From Paragordius varius (taxonomy: Eukaryota > Animalia > Nematomorpha), in contig OZ176050.1 in NCBI GenBank assembly GCA_964247055.1, positions 14,632,001 through 14,696,000 of the forward strand: a stretch of 64,000 bases of DNA, in the 5' to 3' direction. This document shows, piece after piece, positions 13,501 through 27,156 of this stretch. A model generated the notes under the pieces. It did not search any database. It worked only from the letters and a program-made list of their open reading frames with translations, and had not been told where the DNA came from. Every line of letters starts with the position of its first letter. Position 1 is the first letter of the stretch. Position numbers and translations under genes: made by a program.

Positions 13501-16500
13501 CAAAAACCGAGGAAGAAAATTGAATATTTCGGAATTGGTAATTAATATTTTATTTTATTAATCAGTGTTAAGTAAAATCTAAGTGTCTTATATTAATGTT
13601 GTTTTGCTATTTTTTATCAATCAGTTATTTTTCAGTTGTTTTATAAATTAATTTTTTCTTAGTTTTTTATTAACAGTTGTATTTTTCAGACAGTTACTTT
13701 ATGATCAGTTGTTTTTATAATCAGTTTATTAGTTATTGTAGTTAATCATTTTTTATTCATCAGTTGTTTTCAATCTTTATTAAATCAGTTGTTTTTATTA
13801 ATAAGTTTTTATATATCAAATGTTATAATTTTACAGTTTTTTTTAACCAGATGTTTTTATTAATCATTTCCAACCAGCTGTTTTTATAAATCATTTTATT
13901 TTATTCATCTTTGTCAAATCAGTTGTTTTTATTAATAATTTGTTTTTATTAAAAATTTGTTTTTATTAAAAATTTGTTTTTATTAATAATTTGTTTTTAT
14001 TAATCACTTGTTTTAATTAAGCAGCTGTATTTGTTTTTTATAATCGCTTGTTTTTAATAATCAGTTAAATAATCCCTTGTTTTAAGTAACCAGTTGTTTT
14101 AAATAATCAGTTGTTTAAATAATGTTTTTATTAATCAGTTGTTTCACATAATTAACTGTTTTGAGTTGTTTTTGTCCATCAGTTGTATAATTTATCAGTT
14201 GTTTAATTTATAAGTTGTTTTAATTAATCAGTTGTTTTAATTAATCAGTTGTTATTGTTATTAACCTATTTTAATTGGTCAGTTGTTTTAATTGGTCAGT
14301 TGTTTTAATTGGTCAGTTGTTTTAATTGGTCAGTTGTTTTAATTAATCAGTTGTTTTACAATAATTTGTTGTTTATAATCAGCTGTTTTTATGAATCATT
14401 TGTTTTATAAATTATTTGTTTTTATAATCAGATGTTTTTAATAATCAGTTGTTTTTATTAGTTTTTAATAATCTTATTAAAATATGTTGTTTTTATTCAG
14501 CTGTGTTCATAAATCATTTGTTTTTATAATCAGTCGTTAATAATCAGTTAAATATCAGCTGTTTTTATTAAAAAAATTTGTTCACCCTTTCAAATCAGCT
14601 GTTTTATTAATCATTCGTTTTTTCCATCTTTTCCAATCAGCTGTCTTTTCCAATTATTTGTTTTTATTGATCATTTGTTATTTAATCATTGTTTTATTAA
14701 TTTATATACACTTGTAATTAATAATCATTTGAGCAGCTGTTTATTAAAGTAGCTGTTTGAATCAGTTTTTATTAATTATTATTACTAATCGGTTGTTTTG
14801 AATTATTAGTTGTTAATTTTTTTTATAATAATCAGTTTATTAATTAATTGCTTTTATTAATTATTTTGTTTTGATAAATTAATTATTTTTTAATCACTTC
14901 TTTTATTATTACTTATATACTGTTGTTTTTATAAATTATTTGTTAAATCAGCTGTTTTAAGTTGGTTTTCTTAATCAGTTGTTTAACTTTTTTTATATTA
15001 ATCAGTATATTAATCAGCTGTTTATTAATAATCTGTGTTATAATTTATATACAGTCATTTTTTATATTCATTTGATAAATCAGCTGTTTTTAATACCACT
15101 GTTTTATAAGTTATAAACTTATGATTGATAAATATTGTATTGAAAATGTATATGGTTTGAAACATATAGTTTCTTAATACATTTAAATTAAGCAATTTAA
15201 TATATCATTAGATTTAATCAAAAAACAGGTGATTATTTATAAATGGTTTCACAAAAATTGAACGCAAAATGTTAAAAAATTGTTGTTTTTATTAATTATA
15301 GTAAATTTGTAAAGGCAATTAATTGATTGGTCTTTTAAGAGTTGATTGAATGTTTAATGAGAGAATTTGTATATTTTTATTGGCGTTTTCAGAAAACTAC
15401 CTTATTTATCAATATGATGTAACAAAACTCAAACTTATCAAATATATTTATTCCATAATTTTTAGAACATTTGCCTTAATTTGCCCAAAACTGAAACGAA
15501 TCGTAAAGAAGATAATTACTTTGAATTAATCCAAATATGGTAATTATTTTTACTATTTTAAAACAATTATTTTCTTAATGTTTTGTAGTTAGATGTTTTT
15601 AATTTTTTTTTACAAAGAGTGGATTTTATGAAAGAATTAAATATATATATAGAAACCGCAAAAGTCAGCTGATATTTATAGATTACTGTTTTACTTTATG
15701 TTTAACACTAATTAAAATAAATCGTATACTTTTTTTGAAAAAATTCATTGTTTTTTAAAAAACTGCCCATTAAATTATGAATTAAACCGCCAGCTTTCTC
15801 TTTAAATCAGCTGATAATACAAGGCCCGTTATTTGACACAAACAAAGAATAAAAACGTTTAAAATATATATTTTATATTAACCAACGTTTTCACTATAAT
15901 ATACATTTTTATAATATCCGATTTGTAATATTTCTTTCTGAAATTTACGATTATTTTTAGATATAAAAGATTTTGTAAATATATATTCTTGTTTTAAGTT
16001 TTAGTTTTATAATTTTTTCCATATTCTTTTTAGAATGAGTTGGGCTTAACCACTCTATGTGTCAACTAAATCTGAAATATTTGGCTTAGATTTATCTGGA
16101 ACAAATGGTATAAATTTCTTAATTATATAACCGCTTATTTTATTAAACTATAATAAATTTTGACTCACCTTATTACAAATAATACAAGGTGTTTATGAAA
16201 ACGCCTTAAACAACAACTTGGGTTTTATTTAGGACCTCAAAAACTAAATTTTTTACGATTACTATTCTAATTTTTATTCAACGATTGATTAACAAAACCC
16301 CAAATATTTTTATGAAATTTGTTTTTTACATATACCAATTATGATTGCGATATATTCTTTAAATTTTTTTCATATAGTTGTGTATTTATTTTATTACTTT
16401 AATATTTTCTTTTTCGTAACATGAGGTTTGAATTGCCTTATTATCTAACACTATAAATAATTTGTTATAGGTTAGCACTAATGAAAATTAAGTATTTTTG

Positions 16501-16792
16501 GTGTCGTTACGAACTTTCAAACAAATAATTATTCAATAATCATTTATTAATATGAAACTACCTGATTCTAATGTAATAATTGACTTTTGTTTACAAATTA
16601 AAACAGTTAAATATTTTGTTTTTTCATTTTAGTTAAAGAACACCCCCTATTTTCTTTAAAAATTCGTCACCTGTGGTTAAAAGATATTGTACTTTCAATT
16701 TTTCGATTTTGATTCCCATAAATCCCTATCATAGATCGGGTTACTAGAAATAATCATTTTAGCAGTATAACTTTTAGAGCTTTCGAGTTTGT

Positions 16793-16813
16793 GGGTTAGG
16801 GTTAGGGTGAGGG
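16793..16813 (+). other. Telomere-like G-quadruplex motif GGGTTAGGGTTAGGGTGAGGG (unit 2)
   Basis: Four G3 tracts with 3-nt loops. The same motif is at 25068-25088 and, as GGGCTAGGGTTAGGGTGAGGG, at 33338-33358; the copy-1 version (8463-8483) has one tract reduced to GG. Confidence 0.8.
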
Positions 16814-18655
16814 ATTGGAGTTGGTTCATTTTCTTACGAGACCCATGCATTTTAATTTTATCCTTAAATTCTTTGTCTCTGAATTTTTTAGATTCTGATT
16901 GACTTAAGGAAGGATATTCTTTTAATTTTCGTAATTCTGTTTTTTTGTTTAATTTTACACTATTTTAGCAAAAGAGTTAACATTATCTGAATTTTGTCTT
17001 TAATTCGTAAAGTACATATAATATTTTAACATTTGTATGCTTAATTTAATATTTTTTAGTGGTTTTAATTACAACGATATATTGTTTTTTGGATAAAATT
17101 TTTCAGATAATTTTGATGATTGAAAGTTTTTTTCATAAATATCTTTGTGTGATTTTTTATTTGATTTGCTTTAAAATTTAGTGGTTCTCGATCTTGAAAT
17201 ATCCTAAAATTTTTCTAATAGCAAAGTTTCATTGACTATCTGTAAAAATATTATATCTGTTTGACAAATTTTTCATGTTTAAAAACGCAACAATATTTTC
17301 CTTATTTATGTATATTTGCTTTTTAATGGTTAAGATTTGGTAGTATTAGCAATACATTTACAGTGTAAGGTTAAATAACTTTAAGGGCTTCGAGTTTGTG
17401 GGCTAGGGTTAGGGATTGGAATTGGTTCATTATTTTAAAGAAGTCTGCGCATTTCGATTTATTCATAAAACCTTTGTCTCTGATTTTTTCAATTTCCTTA
17501 TCGTTAACAATTGATTTTGAATTAAGGACATGGCATTTCAGGCATCGTTAATTTAAAAAACATGAATGTTTAATATAAAATCAATCCTGTGAATAAATTC
17601 CTAATTTGGTTGTAACCCCTATTTTAATTGATTGTAAATATTCGCTTTCCCGAAATAAGGCTTATTTTAATACAGTTTTTTATATATTTATTTGCGATTG
17701 AAAAGTTTTGGAGTTTGTGGTTTAGGTTAGGGATTAATGCATTATATTAAAAAAACCGTTTTATATTTTAATTAAATTTACCGGAAAGTAAGTTCAAGAC
17801 GGCCTAAAATTGTAAATATAGAACTGTATATTTCGCTAAAAAATCGTCCACATCTAAAAGAATATTTTATTGTAAAAATTATTCTGATCCTGTGTATTTG
17901 TATGCTCGATTCAACAACCGTTTTTAGATAGATATCAGGCTTTCTGTTAATAAATAATATTCAAGTGAAAAAAATTTTTTTATTTCATTTGAAATTAAAT
18001 GCCCACTCTTATTTATTTGATATATTTTGTTATTTTTTCTCTGTTCCATCCGACAAATATCTTTTATGAACTTTTGTTTGATATTTGAAAACGGTTAAAT
18101 ATAAAAACTTTGGCAAATATATGTTATCTAATTAAAAAATATCTATAAAATTGCTTTTAAATGGTTTAATTGCAAGTTTATTTAGAGAACTGGTGCCTCG
18201 ATTAAGCCTAAGACTCGCGCATTTTTTTAAATTTTTATATTATATTGTAAATTTAAGGTTTTAACTATGCAACTTAATAATTTTTTAAAACTACAATTTG
18301 GCCTAAACAAGCAAAAAACTGTAGATTTCTTTAACACTTCTAATATTTTAATATAATCGCTGTTCCCCACAAAATGCAAAACTTATTACAAAAAGTAAAA
18401 GTACCACATTTGTCTTTAGTATTTAATTTTAATTTAAATCTATTAATATTTTATAGATTCTTTAAATACTGCCAAATTGCAATCAAAACATTAGCTCAAA
18501 AACGATATTGAAATTAACAAACTAAACAAGAGTGAAAGATGAATGACGAAACATAGACATAACAGCAAAATGATAACCAGACAACAATGAATATCAAAGA
18601 AAATGAATATTTTATATAATAACTTCAATAAATATAATGTTGCATTTATTATGAT

Positions 18656-18881
18656 GCAAAAACCGAGGAAGAAAATTGAATATTTCGGAATTGGTAATTA
18701 ATATTTTATTTTATTAATCAGTGAAGTAAAATCTAAGTGTTATATTTTGTTTTGCTATTTTTTATCAATCAGTTATTTTTCAGTTGTTTTATTAATTATT
18801 TTTTCTTAGTTTTTTATTAACAGTTGTATTTTTCAGACAGTTACTTTATGATCAGTTGTTTTTATAATCAGTTTATTAGTT
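18656..18881 (+). repeat. 226-bp junction insert between units 2 and 3
   Basis: Same sequence and length as 10332-10557. Confidence 0.93.
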
Positions 18882-21800
18882 TTCTAGATAATTTTTTTTA
18901 TTTCTAAAAAACAGACAATAAAATTCTCAAAATAAGTCAATTTTCTCTAATCCTAAAAATTTTCAAATAGGTTAATTTTTTCAAATAAAAAAGCGCTAAA
19001 GCTCTCTAAAAACTGCTAAAATTGTCTGAAAATGTCTGAAAATGTCTTTTTTTAAATTTAAGATAGGTGGTTAATTCTATGATAATGGTTTTTTAATTCT
19101 TAACACCCCTAAAAATCTTTAAAGTTTTTTAAACGCTACAAACAAATTACTAAAATACTAAAATTTTAATGAAATTCTGCATAAAAGCTATTTTTTAAAC
19201 TTAATATAATATCTCCAAAAACCTTGAAAATTAAAAGCGTTGAAATTATCTAAAATCGTATTTTTAAATATAAACCACTAGAATTTACTAAAAGCCGCTA
19301 AATTTTATTAAAAAACCGCTGATATATATGCGAAAAAAAATTCATTTTTTAATTTTAAGACAGATAAATTATAATCCTAATTTTTAACCAATAATCTTAA
19401 TTAACAATAAAATCTTTTCAAAAAACGCTAAATTCTTTTAAAAAACTCCTAAATCATTTATAGAACCGACAAAAATTAAAAGTTTTTTTTAAAATAGGTA
19501 ATTAATAAAGGCCTTAAATTATATTCCTAAATATCAAATAACCGCTATTTAAAAAACTACTAACCTTTATTCTATTAAAAACTATTTTGAAACTGCAAGA
19601 ATTTTTTTGTAACCACAAAAACTCTTTTAATACTGCAAAAATTCTTTTAAAACTCTTAAAATTCTTTTAAAACTCCTAAAATTCTGTTAAAACTCCTAAA
19701 ATTCTGTAAAACTCCTAAAATTCTTTTAAAACTCTTAAAAATCTTTTAAAACTCCTAAAATTCTGTTAAAACTCCTAAAATTCTGTTAAAACTCCTAAAA
19801 TTCTGTTAAAACTTTCTTAAAATCGCTAAAAATCTCTTAAAACTGCTAAAAAGTTTTTAAATCCTAAAATTCTTTTGAAACTCTTAAAAATCTTTTAAAA
19901 CTCCTAAAATCCTGTTAAAACTCCTAAAATTCTTTTAAAAAACTGCTAAAACTCTTGTAAAACCTCCAAAACTCTTTTAAAACCTCCAAAACTCTTTTAA
20001 ACCTGCTAAAATTCTTTTAAAACTCTTAAAACTGCTAAAATTCTTTTAAAACTGCTAAAATTCTTTTAAAACTGCTAAAATTTTCTTAAAACTGCTAAAA
20101 CTTTCTTAAAACTGCTAAAAATCTCTTAAAACTGCTAAAAAGTTTTTAAATCCTAAAATTCTTTTAAAACTCTTAAAATTCTTTTAAAACTCCTAAAATT
20201 CTGTTAAAACTCCTAAAATTCTTTTAAAACTCTTAAAATTCTTTTAAAACTCCTAAAATTCTGTTAAAACTTTCTTAAAATCGCTAAAAATCTCTTAAAA
20301 CTGCTAAAATTGTTTTAAAACTGCTAAAATTTTCTTAAAACTGCTAAAAATCTCTTAAAACTGCTAAAAAGTTTTTAAATCCTAAAATTCTTTTAAAACT
20401 CCTAAAATTCTTTTAAAACTCCTAAAATTCTTTTAAAACTCCTAAAATTCTGTTAAAACTCCTAAAATTCTGTTAAAACTCCTAAAATTCTGTTAAAACT
20501 TTCTTAAAATCGCTAAAAATCTCTTAAAACTGCTAAAAAGTTTTTAAATCCTAAAATTCTTTTGAAACTCTTAAAAATCTTTTAAAACTCCTAAAATTCT
20601 TTTAAAAAACTGCTAAAACTCTTGTAAAACCTCCAAAACTCTTTTAAAACCTCCAAAACTCTTTTAAAACCTCCAAAACTCTTTTAAAACCTCCAAAACT
20701 CTTTTAAACCCGCTAAAACTCTTTTAAACCCGCTAAACTTTTAAAACTCCTAATTTTTTTAAAACCGCTAAAACTCTTGTAAAACCGAAAAACTGTTTAA
20801 AAATTTTTTTTAAACAGCTAACTCTTTTTAAACCGCTAATTTTTTTAAAACCGCAAAACTATTTTAAAAAATCGCTTAAAACTGCTAAAAATTTTGTGAA
20901 ACCGCCAAAACTAATTGAAAATCGTTAAAACTCTTTTAAAACCGCTAAAATCTTTTAAAAACCGCAAAACTATTATATAAAATCGCTTCTGCCAAAACCT
21001 CTTTAAACCGCAAAAACTCTTTTAAAACTACTAAAATACTTGTAAAACTCTTAAAATTCTTTTAAAACTCCTAAAATTCTTTTAAAACTCTTAAAACTGC
21101 TAAAATTCTTTTAAAACTGCTAAAATTTTCTTAAAACTGCTAAAATTTTTTTAAAACTGCTAAAATTTTCTTAAAACTGCTAAAAATCTCTTAAAACTGC
21201 TAAAAAGTTTTTAAATCCTAAAATTCTTTTAAAACTCTTAAAAAACTTTTAAAACTCCTAAAAATCTTTTAAAACTCCTAAAATTCTTTTAAAACTCTTA
21301 AAATTCTTTTAAAACTCTTAAAACTGCTAAAATTTTCTTAAAACCGCTAAAAATCTTTTAAAACCGCTAAAAACCCTTCGAAAACCGCTAAAAATCCTTT
21401 AAAACCCGCATTTTTCTTTCAAAAACCGCAAAAATACTATGCTAAAAACTCTTTTAAAACCGCTAAAATTCTTTTAAAACTGCTAAAATTCTTTTAAAAC
21501 CGCTAAAACTCTTAAAACCGCTAAAAATCTTTCAAAAACCGCAAAAATACTCTGCTAAAAACGCCTTTAAAACCGTTAAAATTCTTTTGGAACCAGCAAA
21601 AACTATTTTGAAACTGCTAATTCTTGTAAAACTGCTAAAATTAAACCGCTAAACCTCTTTTAAAACCGCTCAAAATTGAAAAATTCTCACTTAATGCTTT
21701 TTAATTTACATTATTTATAAATGCTGTTTTTTTAACATTTTATTTTAAGAGATTTTTTAATTTAGAATGTTTGATTGCCTCAGTCATTTGCGCAAAAACC

Positions 21801-24800
21801 GAGGAAGAAAATTGAATATTTCGGAATTGGTAATTAATATTTTATTTTATTAATCAGTGTTAAGTAAAATCTAAGTGTCTTATATTAATGTTGTTTTGCT
21901 ATTTTTTATCAATCAGTTATTTTTCAGTTGTTTTATAAATTAATTTTTTCTTAGTTTTTTATTAACAGTTGTATTTTTCAGACAGTTACTTTATGATCAG
22001 TTGTTTTTATAATCAGTTTATTAGTTATTGTAGTTAATCATTTTTTATTCATCAGTTGTTTTCAATCTTTATTAAATCAGTTGTTTTTATTAATAAGTTT
22101 TTATATATCAAATGTTATAATTTTACAGTTTTTTTTAACCAGATGTTTTTATTAATCATTTCCAACCAGCTGTTTTTATAAATCATTTTATTTTATTCAT
22201 CTTTGTCAAATCAGTTGTTTTTATTAATAATTTGTTTTTATTAAAAATTTGTTTTTATTAAAAATTTGTTTTTATTAATAATTTGTTTTTATTAATCACT
22301 TGTTTTAATTAAGCAGCTGTATTTGTTTTTTATAATCGCTTGTTTTTAATAATCAGTTAAATAATCCCTTGTTTTAAGTAACCAGTTGTTTTAAATAATC
22401 AGTTGTTTAAATAATGTTTTTATTAATCAGTTGTTTCACATAATTAACTGTTTTGAGTTGTTTTTGTCCATCAGTTGTATAATTTATCAGTTGTTTAATT
22501 TATAAGTTGTTTTAATTAATCAGTTGTTTTAATTAATCAGTTGTTATTGTTATTAACCTATTTTAATTGGTCAGTTGTTTTAATTGGTCAGTTGTTTTAA
22601 TTGGTCAGTTGTTTTAATTAATCAGTTGTTTTACAATAATTTGTTGTTTATAATCAGCTGTTTTTATGAATCATTTGTTTTATAAATTATTTGTTTTTAT
22701 AATCAGATGTTTTTAATAATCAGTTGTTTTTATTAGTTTTTAATAATCTTATTAAAATATGTTGTTTTTATTCAGCTGTGTTCATAAATCATTTGTTTTT
22801 ATAATCAGTCGTTAATAATCAGTTAAATATCAGCTGTTTTTATTAAAAAAATTTGTTCACCCTTTCAAATCAGCTGTTTTATTAATCATTCGTTTTTTCC
22901 ATCTTTTCCAATCAGCTGTCTTTTCCAATTATTTGTTTTTATTGATCATTTGTTATTTAATCATTGTTTTATTAATTTATATACACTTGTAATTAATAAT
23001 CATTTGAGCAGCTGTTTATTAAAGTAGCTGTTTGAATCAGTTTTTATTAATTATTATTACTAATCGGTTGTTTTGAATTATTAGTTGTTAATTTTTTTTA
23101 TAATAATCAGTTTATTAATTAATTGCTTTTATTAATTATTTTGTTTTGATAAATTAATTATTTTTTAATCACTTCTTTTATTATTACTTATATACTGTTG
23201 TTTTTATAAATTATTTGTTAAATCAGCTGTTTTAAGTTGGTTTTCTTAATCAGTTGTTTAACTTTTTTTATATTAATCAGTATATTAATCAGCTGTTTAT
23301 TAATAATCTGTGTTATAATTTATATACAGTCATTTTTTATATTCATTTGATAAATCAGCTGTTTTTAATACCACTGTTTTATAAGTTATAAACTTATGAT
23401 TGATAAATATTGTATTGAAAATGTATATGGTTTGAAACATATAGTTTCTTAATACATTTAAATTAAGCAATTTAATATATCATTAGATTTAATCAAAAAA
23501 CAGGTGATTATTTATAAATGGTTTCACAAAAATTGAACGCAAAATGTTAAAAAATTGTTGTTTTTATTAATTATAGTAAATTTGTAAAGGCAATTAATTG
23601 ATTGGTCTTTTAAGAGTTGATTGAATGTTTAATGAGAGAATTTGTATATTTTTATTGGCGTTTTCAGAAAACTACCTTATTTATCAATATGATGTAACAA
23701 AACTCAAACTTATCAAATATATTTATTCCATAATTTTTAGAACATTTGCCTTAATTTGCCCAAAACTGAAACGAATCGTAAAGAAGATAATTACTTTGAA
23801 TTAATCCAAATATGGTAATTATTTTTACTATTTTAAAACAATTATTTTCTTAATGTTTTGTAGTTAGATGTTTTTAATTTTTTTTTACAAAGAGTGGATT
23901 TTATGAAAGAATTAAATATATATATAGAAACCGCAAAAGTCAGCTGATATTTATAGATTACTGTTTTACTTTATGTTTAACACTAATTAAAATAAATCGT
24001 ATACTTTTTTTGAAAAAATTCATTGTTTTTTAAAAAACTGCCCATTAAATTATGAATTAAACCGCCAGCTTTCTCTTTAAATCAGCTGATAATACAAGGC
24101 CCGTTATTTGACACAAACAAAGAATAAAAACGTTTAAAATATATATTTTATATTAACCAACGTTTTCACTATAATATACATTTTTATAATATCCGATTTG
24201 TAATATTTCTTTCTGAAATTTACGATTATTTTTAGATATAAAAGATTTTGTAAATATATATTCTTGTTTTAAGTTTTAGTTTTATAATTTTTTCCATATT
24301 CTTTTTAGAATGAGTTGGGCTTAACCACTCTATGTGTCAACTAAATCTGAAATATTTGGCTTAGATTTATCTGGAACAAATGGTATAAATTTCTTAATTA
24401 TATAACCGCTTATTTTATTAAACTATAATAAATTTTGACTCACCTTATTACAAATAATACAAGGTGTTTATGAAAACGCCTTAAACAACAACTTGGGTTT
24501 TATTTAGGACCTCAAAAACTAAATTTTTTACGATTACTATTCTAATTTTTATTCAACGATTGATTAACAAAACCCCAAATATTTTTATGAAATTTGTTTT
24601 TTACATATACCAATTATGATTGCGATATATTCTTTAAATTTTTTTCATATAGTTGTGTATTTATTTTATTACTTTAATATTTTCTTTTTCGTAACATGAG
24701 GTTTGAATTGCCTTATTATCTAACACTATAAATAATTTGTTATAGGTTAGCACTAATGAAAATTAAGTATTTTTGGTGTCGTTACGAACTTTCAAACAAA

Positions 24801-26930
24801 TAATTATTCAATAATCATTTATTAATATGAAACTACCTGATTCTAATGTAATAATTGACTTTTGTTTACAAATTAAAACAGTTAAATATTTTGTTTTTTC
24901 ATTTTAGTTAAAGAACACCCCCTATTTTCTTTAAAAATTCGTCACCTGTGGTTAAAAGATATTGTACTTTCAATTTTTCGATTTTGATTCCCATAAATCC
25001 CTATCATAGATCGGGTTACTAGAAATAATCATTTTAGCAGTATAACTTTTAGAGCTTTCGAGTTTGTGGGTTAGGGTTAGGGTGAGGGATTGGAGTTGGT
25101 TCATTTTCTTACGAGACCCATGCATTTTAATTTTATCCTTAAATTCTTTGTCTCTGAATTTTTTAGATTCTGATTGACTTAAGGAAGGATATTCTTTTAA
25201 TTTTCGTAATTCTGTTTTTTTGTTTAATTTTACACTATTTTAGCAAAAGAGTTAACATTATCTGAATTTTGTCTTTAATTCGTAAAGTACATATAATATT
25301 TTAACATTTGTATGCTTAATTTAATATTTTTTAGTGGTTTTAATTACAACGATATATTGTTTTTTGGATAAAATTTTTCAGATAATTTTGATGATTGAAA
25401 GTTTTTTTCATAAATATCTTTGTGTGATTTTTTATTTGATTTGCTTTAAAATTTAGTGGTTCTCGATCTTGAAATATCCTAAAATTTTTCTAATAGCAAA
25501 GTTTCATTGACTATCTGTAAAAATATTATATCTGTTTGACAAATTTTTCATGTTTAAAAACGCAACAATATTTTCCTTATTTATGTATATTTGCTTTTTA
25601 ATGGTTAAGATTTGGTAGTATTAGCAATACATTTACAGTGTAAGGTTAAATAACTTTAAGGGCTTCGAGTTTGTGGGCTAGGGTTAGGGATTGGAATTGG
25701 TTCATTATTTTAAAGAAGTCTGCGCATTTCGATTTATTCATAAAACCTTTGTCTCTGATTTTTTCAATTTCCTTATCGTTAACAATTGATTTTGAATTAA
25801 GGACATGGCATTTCAGGCATCGTTAATTTAAAAAACATGAATGTTTAATATAAAATCAATCCTGTGAATAAATTCCTAATTTGGTTGTAACCCCTATTTT
25901 AATTGATTGTAAATATTCGCTTTCCCGAAATAAGGCTTATTTTAATACAGTTTTTTATATATTTATTTGCGATTGAAAAGTTTTGGAGTTTGTGGTTTAG
26001 GTTAGGGATTAATGCATTATATTAAAAAAACCGTTTTATATTTTAATTAAATTTACCGGAAAGTAAGTTCAAGACGGCCTAAAATTGTAAATATAGAACT
26101 GTATATTTCGCTAAAAAATCGTCCACATCTAAAAGAATATTTTATTGTAAAAATTATTCTGATCCTGTGTATTTGTATGCTCGATTCAACAACCGTTTTT
26201 AGATAGATATCAGGCTTTCTGTTAATAAATAATATTCAAGTGAAAAAAATTTTTTTATTTCATTTGAAATTAAATGCCCACTCTTATTTATTTGATATAT
26301 TTTGTTATTTTTTCTCTGTTCCATCCGACAAATATCTTTTATGAACTTTTGTTTGATATTTGAAAACGGTTAAATATAAAAACTTTGGCAAATATATGTT
26401 ATCTAATTAAAAAATATCTATAAAATTGCTTTTAAATGGTTTAATTGCAAGTTTATTTAGAGAACTGGTGCCTCGATTAAGCCTAAGACTCGCGCATTTT
26501 TTTAAATTTTTATATTATATTGTAAATTTAAGGTTTTAACTATGCAACTTAATAATTTTTTAAAACTACAATTTGGCCTAAACAAGCAAAAAACTGTAGA
26601 TTTCTTTAACACTTCTAATATTTTAATATAATCGCTGTTCCCCACAAAATGCAAAACTTATTACAAAAAGTAAAAGTACCACATTTGTCTTTAGTATTTA
26701 ATTTTAATTTAAATCTATTAATATTTTATAGATTCTTTAAATACTGCCAAATTGCAATCAAAACATTAGCTCAAAAACGATATTGAAATTAACAAACTAA
26801 ACAAGAGTGAAAGATGAATGACGAAACATAGACATAACAGCAAAATGATAACCAGACAACAATGAATATCAAAGAAAATGAATATTTTATATAATAACTT
26901 CAATAAATATAATGTTGCATTTATTATGAT

Positions 26931-27156
26931 GCAAAAACCGAGGAAGAAAATTGAATATTTCGGAATTGGTAATTAATATTTTATTTTATTAATCAGTGAA
27001 GTAAAATCTAAGTGTTATATTTTGTTTTGCTATTTTTTATCAATCAGTTATTTTTCAGTTGTTTTATTAATTATTTTTTCTTAGTTTTTTATTAACAGTT
27101 GTATTTTTCAGACAGTTACTTTATGATCAGTTGTTTTTATAATCAGTTTATTAGTT
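26931..27156 (+). repeat. 226-bp junction insert between units 3 and 4
   Basis: Same sequence and length as 10332-10557. Confidence 0.93.
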
